Origin: Vicugna vicugna
Taxonomy: Eukaryota
Length of the DNA stretch: 64,000 nt
Assembly: GCA_013265495.1 (NCBI GenBank)
Contig: MU062907.1
Span: 1,368,861-1,432,860, forward strand
Direction: 5' to 3'
Under the pieces are notes generated by a model. It saw nothing but the letters and a program-made list of their open reading frames with translations, ran no database searches and was not told where the DNA came from. Each line of letters begins with the position of its first letter. The stretch's first letter is position 1. Below, in pieces: positions 63,700-64,000 of the stretch. Made by a program: the position numbers and the translations under genes.

Positions 63700-63880
63700 G
63701 ACTCTTCCTTCTGCCAGTTCTGCCATTTTCTGGCTGGGCTTCTGCCCACGTCGCACGCAGCTGCACACCTCCGTCTCCGCGTCAACAAAGCGGGGCTGGT
63801 GACAGTCTAGCGCGGTCGTCAGCGACGAAATGATCCAGCATTTGCTGAAGCGCCTCCCACAAGTGTTCGGCGACCTTCCG
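63700..63880 (+). mobile_element. Highly diverged, CpG-rich MIR-like fragment
   Basis: Minus strand ccccgctttgttgacgcggagacggagg...ccagaaaatggcagaactgg aligns by eye to MIR cccattttacagatgaggaaactgagg...agtggcagagctgg. Confidence 0.5.
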
Positions 63881-64000
63881 GGAGCGTTATCTGCCGGTTT
63901 CTCCCCGTTTCTCCGGTCCACCTGTTACGCATTCCACTCATCTTTTAAAGCCCAGTGTGAATGCCTCTCATCCCCCTTGGCAGGACCTGTTTCCCTGATT

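Overview
Mammalian genomic DNA, most likely from a camelid (camel, alpaca or llama). The call rests on tRNA-Ala-derived Vic-1-like SINEs and an artiodactyl-type L1 3' end. I recognise no known protein-coding gene, RNA gene, CRISPR array or prokaryotic system. The ORF track is largely explained by chance ORFs in GC-rich DNA and by transposon remnants. Architecture: GC-rich flanks (~1-15 kb and ~46-64 kb) carry MIR, L2, MER and MLT fossils and several enhancer-like motif clusters. They enclose an AT-rich core (~15-46 kb) of stacked, nested LINE-1 insertions plus an L3/CR1 fossil. Seven N-gaps indicate a draft assembly. The most interesting signals are structural: an apparently identical 1,089-bp tandem duplication; an ORF2-deleted half-L1-like element; a triplicated L1 target site that records insertion order; a polyadenylated LTR-fragment retrocopy; and an 84-bp templated insertion next to two perfect palindromes. 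Two speculative spliced ORF models and a DR5/DR1 nuclear-receptor element are also noted. Repeat family names come from my recall of consensus sequences, not from a RepeatMasker run, and repeat boundaries are approximate unless a target-site duplication (TSD) is quoted. Nothing here demonstrates a new biological system.
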